Shown here: piece after piece, positions 1 through 8,150 of the stretch
Position numbering within the stretch: position 1 is the stretch's first letter
Layout of the letters: each line of letters starts with the position of its first letter
Assembly (NCBI GenBank): GCA_034440375.1
Contig: JAWXBZ010000114.1
Span: 1-14,304, forward strand
DNA from: Candidatus Eiseniibacteriota bacterium
GTDB taxonomy: Bacteria > Eisenbacteria > RBG-16-71-46 > JABDJR01 > JAWXBZ01
Length of the DNA: 14,304 nucleotides
Direction of reading: 5' to 3'
The notes under the pieces: generated by a model
What the model saw: only the letters and a program-made list of their open reading frames with translations
What the model was told of the DNA's origin: nothing
Database searches by the model: none
Position numbers and translations under genes: made by a program

Positions 1-2
1 AC

Positions 3-608
3 CGGCTGGCCAGCCGGTACGGCGTGACCGGCTTTCTCCTGCACAGCGCGGTGCCGGCCATTCCCCATCCGGCGCCGCTGATCCATCCGGAGTTTGGCTT
101 CTGGGCCGGACGCTTCGAGCCACACAAGCGTCCGCATCTCCTGCTGGACCTGGCCCGCCGGGCGCCGGACCTGTCCTTTCGCGTGGCCGGATGGGTGCCG
201 GGCAGCCTCGACTACGCCCGGCAGTTCGAGCGCGAGGCCCGCGGGTGCCCCAACATCGGAATGGTCGGCCATCTGAGTCATGAGGCGATGGCGGAGAGCT
301 ACCTCCGCTCCATCGCGCTCCTGTCAACGGCGGCGCACGAAGGGGTGTCGAACACGTTTCTGGAGGCGTGGCGGCTTGGGGTACCGGTGGTCTCCATGGG
401 GAGCGATCCGGACGGGGCGATTCAACAGTTCGACCTGGGTACCTTTACCAGGGAGCCTGCGGAAGTGGTGGCGGCTCTGCGCCGCCTGCGCGATGATCCG
501 GACCGACGGGCGATAATCAACGCCACCACCCGACGCTACATGGAACGACACGAGGAGGGGGCGGTTGTGGACCGCCTGGAAGCACACCTGCTGGAGATGG
601 TTTCCTGA
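3..608 (+). CDS. Glycosyltransferase family 4 (GT-B fold), C-terminal part; 5' end lies outside the window
   Basis: Frame is open from position 3 to TGA at 606-608. It has GT4 C-terminal motifs: WAGRFEPHKR, the E-x7-E signature (EGVSNTFLE) and AWRLGVPVV. Confidence 0.9.
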   Translation, partial: RLASRYGVTGFLLHSAVPAIPHPAPLIHPEFGFWAGRFEPHKRPHLLLDLARRAPDLSFRVAGWVPGSLDYARQFEREARGCPNIGMVGHLSHEAMAESYLRSIALLSTAAHEGVSNTFLEAWRLGVPVVSMGSDPDGAIQQFDLGTFTREPAEVVAALRRLRDDPDRRAIINATTRRYMERHEEGAVVDRLEAHLLEMVS

Positions 609-609
609 C

Positions 610-2607
610 ATGTGCGGCATCGCGGGTATTTTCGATTATCGAAAGGGCGCAACGGTTGACCCGGAACAACTGCGGGCCATGACGCGCGTCCTGGCTCATC
701 GCGGGCCCGACGGGGACGGGCACTGGATCTCGGGTGCCATCGGCCTCGGCCACCGGCGGCTGGCCATCATCGACCTGACCAGCGGCGCCCAGCCGATGAG
801 CGGCCGGGACGGGCGCCTCTCGATCGTCTTCAACGGTGAAATCTATAACTACGCGGCGTTCGTCGAGCCGCTCCGGCAGCGTGGCTACCGCTTCACCACC
901 ACCAGCGACACTGAGGTGATTCTGCACGCCTGGCACGAGCGTGGCGCCGAATCGCTCGACGGCTTCCGCGGGATGTTCGCGTTTGCCCTGTGGGACAGCG
1001 CCTCGCAGACCTTGACGCTGGTGCGCGATCGCCTTGGCGTCAAGCCGCTGTATTACGCCGATCTGGGCGGCACGTTGATTTTTGGCTCCGAGATCAAGGC
1101 GTTGCTCGCTCACCCCAAGCTTTCGCGATCGATCGATCCGGAGGCGCTGGCCACCTACCTGGCGCTCGGTTTTCAACCGGGGGAGCGGAGCATGCTGTCG
1201 GCCGTGCGACAGGTGCCCCCCGGCTCGTTGTTGACCGTGACCGCGGGCGGTGAGCCGCAATTGCGGCGCTGGTGGGACTTCTCCGGGGTCGAAGCGGCGG
1301 CCGCAAGTCAATCCTCCGACCAGCGGACAGCGGCCGATGATGCCGAACGGCTTGAACGCCTCGAAGCACACCTGACGGAGACCGTGCGGCTGCGCATGGT
1401 GTCCGATGTTCCGGTTGGCGCGTTCCTGTCGGGGGGCATCGATTCCAGCCTCATCGTGGCGTTGATGGCCAGGCAGTCATCCGAGCCGGTCCGCACCTTT
1501 TCGATCGGCTTCGACTTCGCGTCGTTCGACGAGCGGCCGTACGCGCGGATGGTGGCCGAGCACGTCGGCGCCCGGCACGAGGAGTTCGTCGTCGATGCCA
1601 ATTTGGCCGAGCTCCTGCCGCGCCTCGTCTGGCACTACGACGACCCGTTCGCCGACCCCTCGATGATCCCGACATTTCGCGTGGCGGAGATCGCGGCGCG
1701 GCATGTCACCGTGGCGCTCTCCGGCGATGGCGGCGATGAATCGTTCGGCGGGTACCGACGATATGTGAACGCGCTGGCCAATAATCGCGCCGATGCCCTG
1801 CCCGGAGCGGTGCGCAGCCTCTTTGGCCGCGTGGCAGGGGCGCTGCCCGACATGGCCCGTGGCAAGAATCGACTCCGGTGGCTTTCCCTGTCGGGCGACG
1901 AGCGCTACGCCGATTTTTTCGCCTCGACGCCCCCCTGGCTGGTTCAGCGCCATCTGTCCGGCGCGATGAAAGCCGCACTCTCGGCGGCGGGACTCAATGC
2001 CGAGGAGGCCCGACGCCGGGCCACGCTGCCGATCCTGGAAGCCTGTCCGTATCGCGATCCGCTGACCCGCATGCAGTACTTCGATGCGAAGCTCTATCTG
2101 CCCGGCGACATCCTCATGAAAGTGGACCGGGCGGCCATGGCCTCGAGCCTCGAATCACGCGAGCCGCTGCTCGATCACCATGTCATGGAGTTTGGCCTGT
2201 CGCTGCCGCGGCACCTGCGCATCGATGGCCGGGATACGAAGGTGCTGCTGGCCCGGCTGGCGCGAAAGCTCGTACCGGCGGAAGCGATCGACCGCCCCAA
2301 GAAGGGATTCAGCGTGCCGCTGGACCAGTGGTTCCGGGGAGAGCTGGCGCCGATGGTTCGCGGCGTGCTGCTCGACGACACGACCCGCACCCGCGGCTGG
2401 CTCGACCCCGTGGGCGTGGAGCGGACGCTGCGCGAACATGCCACCGGGCAAGCCCGTCATGGGACGACGCTCTGGGGACTCCTGATGCTCGAACTATGGG
2501 CCCGCCGATTCCTGGACGGGCCGCTCGATCCACCGCCTTTGCCGGCGCCGCGGGCGGAGTTTCTTGCCGGGTTGCTGGGGCGGACGCCTACCGAACGTTC
2601 TTCTTGA
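610..2607 (+). CDS. asnB: Asparagine synthase (glutamine-hydrolysing) family amidotransferase, 665 aa
   Basis: True start is MCGIAG at ATG 610, giving the Ntn nucleophile Cys2, 1 nt after the GT stop. Motifs: HRGPD, LGHRRLAIID, FNGEIYN, SDTEV, RDRLGVKPLYY, FLSGGIDSS, ALSGDGGDE, KVDRAAMASSLESREPLLD, RPKKGF. Confidence 0.95.
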   Translation: MCGIAGIFDYRKGATVDPEQLRAMTRVLAHRGPDGDGHWISGAIGLGHRRLAIIDLTSGAQPMSGRDGRLSIVFNGEIYNYAAFVEPLRQRGYRFTTTSDTEVILHAWHERGAESLDGFRGMFAFALWDSASQTLTLVRDRLGVKPLYYADLGGTLIFGSEIKALLAHPKLSRSIDPEALATYLALGFQPGERSMLSAVRQVPPGSLLTVTAGGEPQLRRWWDFSGVEAAAASQSSDQRTAADDAERLERLEAHLTETVRLRMVSDVPVGAFLSGGIDSSLIVALMARQSSEPVRTFSIGFDFASFDERPYARMVAEHVGARHEEFVVDANLAELLPRLVWHYDDPFADPSMIPTFRVAEIAARHVTVALSGDGGDESFGGYRRYVNALANNRADALPGAVRSLFGRVAGALPDMARGKNRLRWLSLSGDERYADFFASTPPWLVQRHLSGAMKAALSAAGLNAEEARRRATLPILEACPYRDPLTRMQYFDAKLYLPGDILMKVDRAAMASSLESREPLLDHHVMEFGLSLPRHLRIDGRDTKVLLARLARKLVPAEAIDRPKKGFSVPLDQWFRGELAPMVRGVLLDDTTRTRGWLDPVGVERTLREHATGQARHGTTLWGLLMLELWARRFLDGPLDPPPLPAPRAEFLAGLLGRTPTERSS

Positions 2608-2998
2608 AAAACACCGTCGTCCGCTCCCACGCGAGCGTAGCCGCCGCCACGTCGTAGCGCGGGGTCGTGTCGTTGTTGAAGCCGTGCTGCGTGCCGGGAT
2701 AGAGATGTCGCTCGTACTTTATTTTTGCCGACTTCAGGTATCCGCGCATCCGGCCCGAGCCCCTGGGTGAGTCGTACTCGAGGTAGCCGGCCGTGATTCG
2801 GGCATCCGCTGGTTTCACCACCTGGGCCTCGGCGAACTTCGGGCTTAGCTGCTCGAGCAGCATGGCCGCCGTCACGCCGGCCACGGCGAACTTGCCGGCC
2901 CGGTCAAGAAACGTGCGGCGGTCGATGACACCGTGAACGTAGGCGTCGAACAGGGCGAGCAGTTCCTGGTCGAAATCGTGCGCGGTCTGGCGTTCCAT
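2588..2998 (-). pseudogene. YghX-type dienelactone hydrolase gene with a large in-frame internal deletion (136-aa ORF, still open)
   Basis: N-terminus (AHDFDQELLALFDAYVHGVIDRRTFL...YDSPRGSGRMRGYL) and C-terminus (YPGTQHGFNNDTTPRYDVAAATLAWERT) resemble the two ends of YghX-like hydrolases. The central HENRGL and GFCxGG motifs are absent. SD GGAGG at 3006-3010 lies 7 nt before ATG 2998. Confidence 0.8.
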
Positions 2999-3016
2999 GG
3001 GCAATCCTCCGAATCT

Positions 3017-5401
3017 CTACGGTTTCTGCTTCAGCAGATCTCCCAAACGCTTCTTCAACTCGTCCAGGATCGTCGCTTCCCCTTTTTTCTTCGCGGCCTC
3101 GAGCAGGGGCGCCAGGTCGACCTTGATATCGGGATGCGTCAGCGTGCCCCCCAGGTGGAGGCCGATCTCGATACGACCGTCGCTTCCCGCCACGAGCGCG
3201 GCCGCTTGCGCGAGCTGACTCCCCGGACGAAACTGGTCGACGGCGATTCGGGCCCGAACCGGGCAATCGAGGCGGCCATCCAGGCCAATGCGACCACCCA
3301 GATTCCAGTCCGCGCCGGGCTGGCTGACCCGAAACGAGTCGAGGAATGCAAAGCCGTTCTCCACGCGGATCGAATGGCGCAACGTCCGGAATGAGATTTT
3401 CTCGGCCATTCCGGGCTCGAACTGGATCGCCTCCGAGATCTTCCGGACGATCGGCAGGTTGACGAGGCTTCCCTCCAACACCAGCCCCTTGCCGATGAGT
3501 GTCAGCACGGACAGGGGATCGAGGCCAGGTGCGTTGCGACCGGACAGCGTGAGGTCCGTGGACAGCTTTCCTTCGAGACCGCGAATCGGCGTGTAGGCGG
3601 CGAGGATATCCTCGGCGCGCATCGCCTCGATATCAAGTTCACCCGAGTATTCGAGCGTCTCCTCCCCTTTCGGCGAGAGCGAAAGATGGCCGCGTACCGT
3701 GCCCCCCCACGCCTGGCCGGTCAAGTCGGTGAGCCGCATCCCCGCAGCATCAATTTCGAAGGTCGAGGTGACGTCGGTCAGCGTCACTTCCCTGCGGATC
3801 AACCGATCGATCGAAATTCGGCCGGCGACGGGCGGACTCGGGGCCGAGCCGGTGGCGGCGCGGCGAGCGGGGGGGCTGGCGGTCCCGGTTCGCGTTTCGG
3901 GAAACAGCTCGCCCAGGTCGATCGTGCCGGCATTGATGACGGCATCGAGGCGCGGGGCTTTCCAATCGTCCATCCGACCGCTGAAGCGGGCATCGCTGGC
4001 CCCGGCCGTAACGTTGCCATTCCGGAGTTCAACGCGATGCCCGGCGAGCGTCACATCGACGTCAAGGCGATCCACAGGCACCGCGATGCTCGTGTGCGTC
4101 AGCGACACGCCGCGCAACTGAATGGAGCCATTCATCGAGGGTGGGAGGCCGGTGGCCAGGCGGCCGCCACCGGTGAGATGCGCTTCGAGTTCTCCCGAAT
4201 GGACCGTCAGGTCCGGTTGGGGTGGCAGAAAGCGGAGGGCTTCGACCATGGGGCCCGTCAGGTCAACCCGGGCGGTCCAGCGGGGCGCGGCAAATTCGGC
4301 CAGCGTGGCATTGAGGTCGAGACGAGCCTCCCCCGAGCGAAACGACCCCGTCAGGCGCCCCGCGTCCGGCAGGAGTTCGATGTCGGCGGACCCGGAGTCG
4401 ACGACCCGCCCCTTCCCCGGCAGCGACGCGGTCACGTCGGCCAGGTGGCCCGTCATTCGATACTCCATCTCCTCGCGATCGGTGAATGTTTCAAACGTCA
4501 ATTCTCCCGAATCGAAGCGGCCGCCAAGGTCGTACGCGGCCAGCATTTCACCCGGCGCGCCGGTCACCATCGAGCGAATCCGGGCCAGGTCGGTCGGCTC
4601 GAACGTCAGTCGGCCCCTGTTGGCCCATCGCCCCTTCGCCGCGCGGGAGTCGATCGTTCCCTTTGCCGGGATCGTACCGAGGCTCCCTTCCAGCGTGGTC
4701 GCGGCGGTCGCACCGCCGACCGGCATTTCGGTGCGAAATTGGGCCTGGATGGACGGAAGCGAAAGCGGCCGGTCGGGCGAAGCCGCCGGGGCGAAAGAGA
4801 CCGTGTCGGCGGCGAACGATCCCTCGAATACACTCCCGCTGGCGGTGGCACTGAAACCGCCGGTCAGCGTGATGCCGGCAAGCCGTGTCGTGCCACTCGG
4901 GGCGATCTGGTGAATCAGCGCGTTCGTGATTCGAATGTCGGGCGCCAGGAACCTGGACGCGGCCGCCGCCACGACCGGCGGCCGCGCGGGGGGCGCCGCG
5001 GGCGACGTGGTCCGTGCCGGTTGAATCGTCAACACGAGCCCCGGCGCCTCGACCCGCGTCACCTCAATCCGTCGCGCGAGAAGTGGGATCAGATTCACGC
5101 CGAGCCGGAGTTCCGGCACGTGAATCGTCTGCGACTCGTCCGCGGCCACGGCCTGAAAGTCATCCGCGGCCAGACCGAGGCCGAATCCGATCAACCGAAG
5201 CTGGAGCCGCCCGATCGTGACCCGGTGTCCGGTGGCCTGGCTGATCTGCCGCTCCAGTGGTCCGCGCAGCGAATCGACCGGAAAAAAGAGGAGCAGCGCG
5301 CCGAGGAGCATGACGACGCCCAGAAGGACGCCGACAATCCATTTCCACCGCGCGTTCGCAGGAGTGCGGGGGGCGGCTTGCGTGGTAGGGGAACGGGTCA
5401 T
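3017..5401 (-). CDS. AsmA-family protein (bridge-like, repeating beta-groove type), 794 aa
   Basis: Single N-terminal TM (WKWIVGVLLGVVMLLGALLLFFP), AsmA-like start (LERQISQATGHRVTI; LIPLLARRIEVTRV), long beta-rich body, and AsmA-like C-terminus (GQAWGGTVRG; IGLHLGGTLTHPDIKVD; amphipathic LKKRLGDLL). Confidence 0.85.
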   Translation of the reverse strand: MTRSPTTQAAPRTPANARWKWIVGVLLGVVMLLGALLLFFPVDSLRGPLERQISQATGHRVTIGRLQLRLIGFGLGLAADDFQAVAADESQTIHVPELRLGVNLIPLLARRIEVTRVEAPGLVLTIQPARTTSPAAPPARPPVVAAAASRFLAPDIRITNALIHQIAPSGTTRLAGITLTGGFSATASGSVFEGSFAADTVSFAPAASPDRPLSLPSIQAQFRTEMPVGGATAATTLEGSLGTIPAKGTIDSRAAKGRWANRGRLTFEPTDLARIRSMVTGAPGEMLAAYDLGGRFDSGELTFETFTDREEMEYRMTGHLADVTASLPGKGRVVDSGSADIELLPDAGRLTGSFRSGEARLDLNATLAEFAAPRWTARVDLTGPMVEALRFLPPQPDLTVHSGELEAHLTGGGRLATGLPPSMNGSIQLRGVSLTHTSIAVPVDRLDVDVTLAGHRVELRNGNVTAGASDARFSGRMDDWKAPRLDAVINAGTIDLGELFPETRTGTASPPARRAATGSAPSPPVAGRISIDRLIRREVTLTDVTSTFEIDAAGMRLTDLTGQAWGGTVRGHLSLSPKGEETLEYSGELDIEAMRAEDILAAYTPIRGLEGKLSTDLTLSGRNAPGLDPLSVLTLIGKGLVLEGSLVNLPIVRKISEAIQFEPGMAEKISFRTLRHSIRVENGFAFLDSFRVSQPGADWNLGGRIGLDGRLDCPVRARIAVDQFRPGSQLAQAAALVAGSDGRIEIGLHLGGTLTHPDIKVDLAPLLEAAKKKGEATILDELKKRLGDLLKQKP

Positions 5402-5408
5402 GAGGACG

Positions 5409-6260
5409 TCAGGGTATCGCCTCGACGGCGCCGGGCGCCATCCATCCCTTCAATTCCGTGTCGGGACCGGTCACGCTGACCTCGGTCCAGCCGTTGGTCG
5501 AGCGACCGAGCGCCACCTCGGTTCCTTCGTGAACCTGGAAGGCCACGGTGTAGCTGTCGCCCGGACCGGTCTTCACATCGGCTGCCGGCGACAGCACGAC
5601 CCCTTCCTTCTGCCCCGTTTCGGTGCGGAGCTCCCAGAAGAAGACCAGCAAAAGGAGAATGGCAGCGGCCATGGACAGGCCGAAGAGCGGTCGCACCAAC
5701 GCCGGTGGATCCCGCACGATCCGAACCAGGGCGAAGCCGAGCGCCGCGAGGTTGAACGCCAGGAGATACAGCCCGGCGGCCCGTTCGGCCCCCGGTCGGA
5801 TGGCCGTGAGCCAGGGCAATGGATCCGGCAGATCGAGTGGCCGCGCGTCCTGTGTGCGTCGGCGGGCGTAGTCCAGGTTGGCGCGGGCATCCGGATCGCG
5901 CGGATCGGCGCGCAACGCCCGACGATAGTGAAGGATGGCCGGCCCAACGCGTCCCAGCTTCAAGTAGGCGTTGCCGAGGTTGTAGTCCAGCTCGCGCCCG
6001 ACCAAGCCCGCCGTCATCAGCTGCCGGTAGTGTATCACGGCACCCTCAAAATCGTTGGCCTCGTAGGCCGTGTTGCCAAGGCGAAACGTTTCCTGTTCCG
6101 CGGCCGTCGGCTTCCTGGCCTCGGCGCGGCCTGGCCATGCCGCAGTGACCATCAATGCCACTCCGACCATCAGCGCCGCGACGACCACCAACCTTACGAC
6201 GACCGCCAATCTTGCGACGAGTCCGACTCGCCTCTGGATCCCGCGGGGGCCGCGACTCAC
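5409..6260 (-). CDS. batE: BatE-like protein: TPR repeats, two TM helices, C-terminal SH3-like domain
   Basis: TPR motifs (GNTAYEANDFEGA; YNLGNAYLKLGRVGPAILHYRRAL), two hydrophobic segments, and SH3b-like end (VKTGPG...FQVHEGTEV...GWTEV...LKGWM). Follows batD with a GTGA overlap at 6257-6260. Start could be later (M31 or M37). Confidence 0.85.
   Translation of the reverse strand: MSRGPRGIQRRVGLVARLAVVVRLVVVAALMVGVALMVTAAWPGRAEARKPTAAEQETFRLGNTAYEANDFEGAVIHYRQLMTAGLVGRELDYNLGNAYLKLGRVGPAILHYRRALRADPRDPDARANLDYARRRTQDARPLDLPDPLPWLTAIRPGAERAAGLYLLAFNLAALGFALVRIVRDPPALVRPLFGLSMAAAILLLLVFFWELRTETGQKEGVVLSPAADVKTGPGDSYTVAFQVHEGTEVALGRSTNGWTEVSVTGPDTELKGWMAPGAVEAIP
6138..6227 (-). repeat. Degenerate 18-bp tandem repeat, 5 units, encoding the BatE leader
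   Basis: Minus strand: GTCGGACTCGTCGCAAGA / TTGGCGGTCGTCGTAAGG / TTGGTGGTCGTCGCGGCG / CTGATGGTCGGAGTGGCA / TTGATGGTCACTGCGGCA. Confidence 0.7.
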
Positions 6261-8104
6261 AGGCCACCCCTCTTGAGATTTTCGATGAGCGCCGCCGCTT
6301 CACCCAACAGGCGCTGCCGATCGGCGACGCCGGCCGCGGCGGGTGCGAAGCGCGCCATGTCACACGATTCGAGAAAACGAGTGAGCCCCTCAATCAGGTC
6401 GGGCTTGACGCCGCGGGCAGCCAGCAGCGATCGGAGGTCCTCCTGCAAGAGCCCGGCCGCGGAGCGATTCAGCCGGTCCGCGGCGTAGCCGGTGACGGCC
6501 TGGGAGAGTTCGGCGAACAGACCGTCGTCGCCGCGCGCCGCGAGTAGCCTGGCCTTCTTGAGCCGCCGCGTGGCCTCACGCCCCGAACGGATCTGTCGTG
6601 CAAAACCGATGTCACCATCCAGCCGGCGGCGGCGGCGCTCGTGAACCACCGCGCCGATCATGACCCCGACGGGAAGAATCTGAAAGAGCCAGAAGAGCGG
6701 GCTTTCCCATGGACGCTGGTGCACGCTGGTCACATCGGACAGTTCCGTGCGAAGGAAGCGGACATCCTGGCCGACCACCTCGATGGCGCCCCGTCCACCA
6801 CCGCCCAGCGCGCCACCGGCCGTTACGGCACCGGGGGTGATCGTCAGCGGTATCGCCTCGGTCCGATCGGTCTTGTAGGTGGCCGATTTCGGATCGAACC
6901 AGGCGAGCGTGATGGGTGGAATCGATGTGGCACCGGCTTTGAGGGGCACGAGGACGATTTGACTGGTGCGGCTGCCGCGCACCTTTTCACCGGTCGTGTT
7001 GATGTCGCTGGACGACGATGAATCGTAAGCCTTGAATTCGGGCATCGTCGGCAACACCGGGTCCGGCAAGGTCTTGATATTGCCAGATCCGGTCACGGTC
7101 ACGGTGAGGGTGACCGGGTCACCCTGGGCCGCGGTGGCCCTGTCGACCGCCGTCGCAAGACGGAAGTCCCCCACGGCCCCGGCAAATTCGGGCGGTGCCC
7201 CCTCGGGCAACGGCTTCACCGTGACGGTGATTTCCTTCGATCGAAGCGTCACCTTCTGGCTGCCGAACATCGAACGACCAAACATGCTGAATGGATCGTT
7301 GTCGAGGACACGCTGTACCTGGGGGACAACGCACTCCAGGATGGCCGGGCCGATGGTGTACTTGCCCGCCGAGGTGGCAAAGAGGGCCGTCTGAATCTCG
7401 GTGACGTGATAGCGGCGACCCTCCACGATCTCGGTCAGCGTCCGCTGTGGTGGCAGGTCCTCGGCCCAGAACCCGGTGGTGGTCGGCTTCGTAAAACCGG
7501 GCGATTCGAGCAGCGTGACCCGCTGGTAGAAGCGAAACGTCAGCGTGATCTGTTCCTGGACATACGGGTTCTTCTTGTCAATGGAGGCGGTGACGAATAA
7601 ATCCTGCCCGGTTTGATCGCCGGTATCCGTTGCGGTACCGCTTGATGCCCGGCCCGGCGCGGCCCTCTGCGAACCACCCCCGGCCGCCCCGCCCACCGTG
7701 ATCTGGACCGGCTCTGTTTGATACACCGTCTTGCCGATCGCGACGGTGGCCTTGCCGATGGTCAGGTTACCGGGGCGGCGCGGCGTCAGGACGTAGCGAA
7801 AGGTGGCCGACGACGACACCTGGCCGTTGACGAATGAAAAGTTGCGCGAGGTGCCGCCCGAATAGACCGTCCAGTCGGCGTCGAGCGCCGGCAGCTGGGG
7901 ATTCGGAAGTTGCCGCATGCCGCCCGAAACGGTGATGGTGTAAACGACCTGCCCGTCGATCGGCACCGTGGTCCGGTCGACCGCGGCAAGGACGCCGGTA
8001 TCGGCGGCCTGGGCGGGGCGGGACATCAGAGATCCGGCGAGAATGCCTGCAAGCGCCACGACGACGACGGCGAATCCACGGCGCAGGATGACCGGTGGGG
8101 TCAT
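6257..8104 (-). CDS. batD: BatD-family protein (signal peptide, three beta-sandwich repeats, TM, cytoplasmic helical domain)
   Basis: Signal peptide ending AQA. BatD-like motifs SFVNGQVSSS, NPYVQEQI, GFWAEDL, FAGAVGDF, VTGSGNI, AWFDPKSATYKT, then a TM (LFWLFQILPVGVMIGAVV) and CDMARFAP. Start is uncertain: ATG 8104 (GGAGG at 8117-8121), ATG 8125, GTG 8146 or GTG 8170. Confidence 0.88.
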   Translation of the reverse strand: MTPPVILRRGFAVVVVALAGILAGSLMSRPAQAADTGVLAAVDRTTVPIDGQVVYTITVSGGMRQLPNPQLPALDADWTVYSGGTSRNFSFVNGQVSSSATFRYVLTPRRPGNLTIGKATVAIGKTVYQTEPVQITVGGAAGGGSQRAAPGRASSGTATDTGDQTGQDLFVTASIDKKNPYVQEQITLTFRFYQRVTLLESPGFTKPTTTGFWAEDLPPQRTLTEIVEGRRYHVTEIQTALFATSAGKYTIGPAILECVVPQVQRVLDNDPFSMFGRSMFGSQKVTLRSKEITVTVKPLPEGAPPEFAGAVGDFRLATAVDRATAAQGDPVTLTVTVTGSGNIKTLPDPVLPTMPEFKAYDSSSSSDINTTGEKVRGSRTSQIVLVPLKAGATSIPPITLAWFDPKSATYKTDRTEAIPLTITPGAVTAGGALGGGGRGAIEVVGQDVRFLRTELSDVTSVHQRPWESPLFWLFQILPVGVMIGAVVHERRRRRLDGDIGFARQIRSGREATRRLKKARLLAARGDDGLFAELSQAVTGYAADRLNRSAAGLLQEDLRSLLAARGVKPDLIEGLTRFLESCDMARFAPAAAGVADRQRLLGEAAALIENLKRGGL

Positions 8105-8150
8105 CAGCGCCAACGTCCTCCCCATCGTGCCTGTCGATTCGTCCACGCCT

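Noticed and set aside
565..609. N-terminal extension of asnB in the ORF track
   Set aside because: Ntn amidotransferases need Cys at the mature N-terminus, so the start is ATG 610. The extension also overlaps the GT gene.
2533..2565. CCGCC...GGCGG stem followed by AGTTTCTT as a terminator
   Set aside because: It lies inside the asnB coding frame, with a short irregular stem and an interrupted U-tract. This is expected by chance at this GC content.
3686..5479. 597-aa + strand ORF opposite the AsmA-like gene
   Set aside because: It is in the same codon register as the minus-strand gene, is Arg/Gly-rich and has no recognisable motifs. This is a typical high-GC antisense shadow.
5217..6488. 423-aa + strand ORF with an apparent SDHQ/DDHQ repeat
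   Set aside because: Antisense shadow of batE. The repeat is the reverse reading of the 18-bp leader array reported above.
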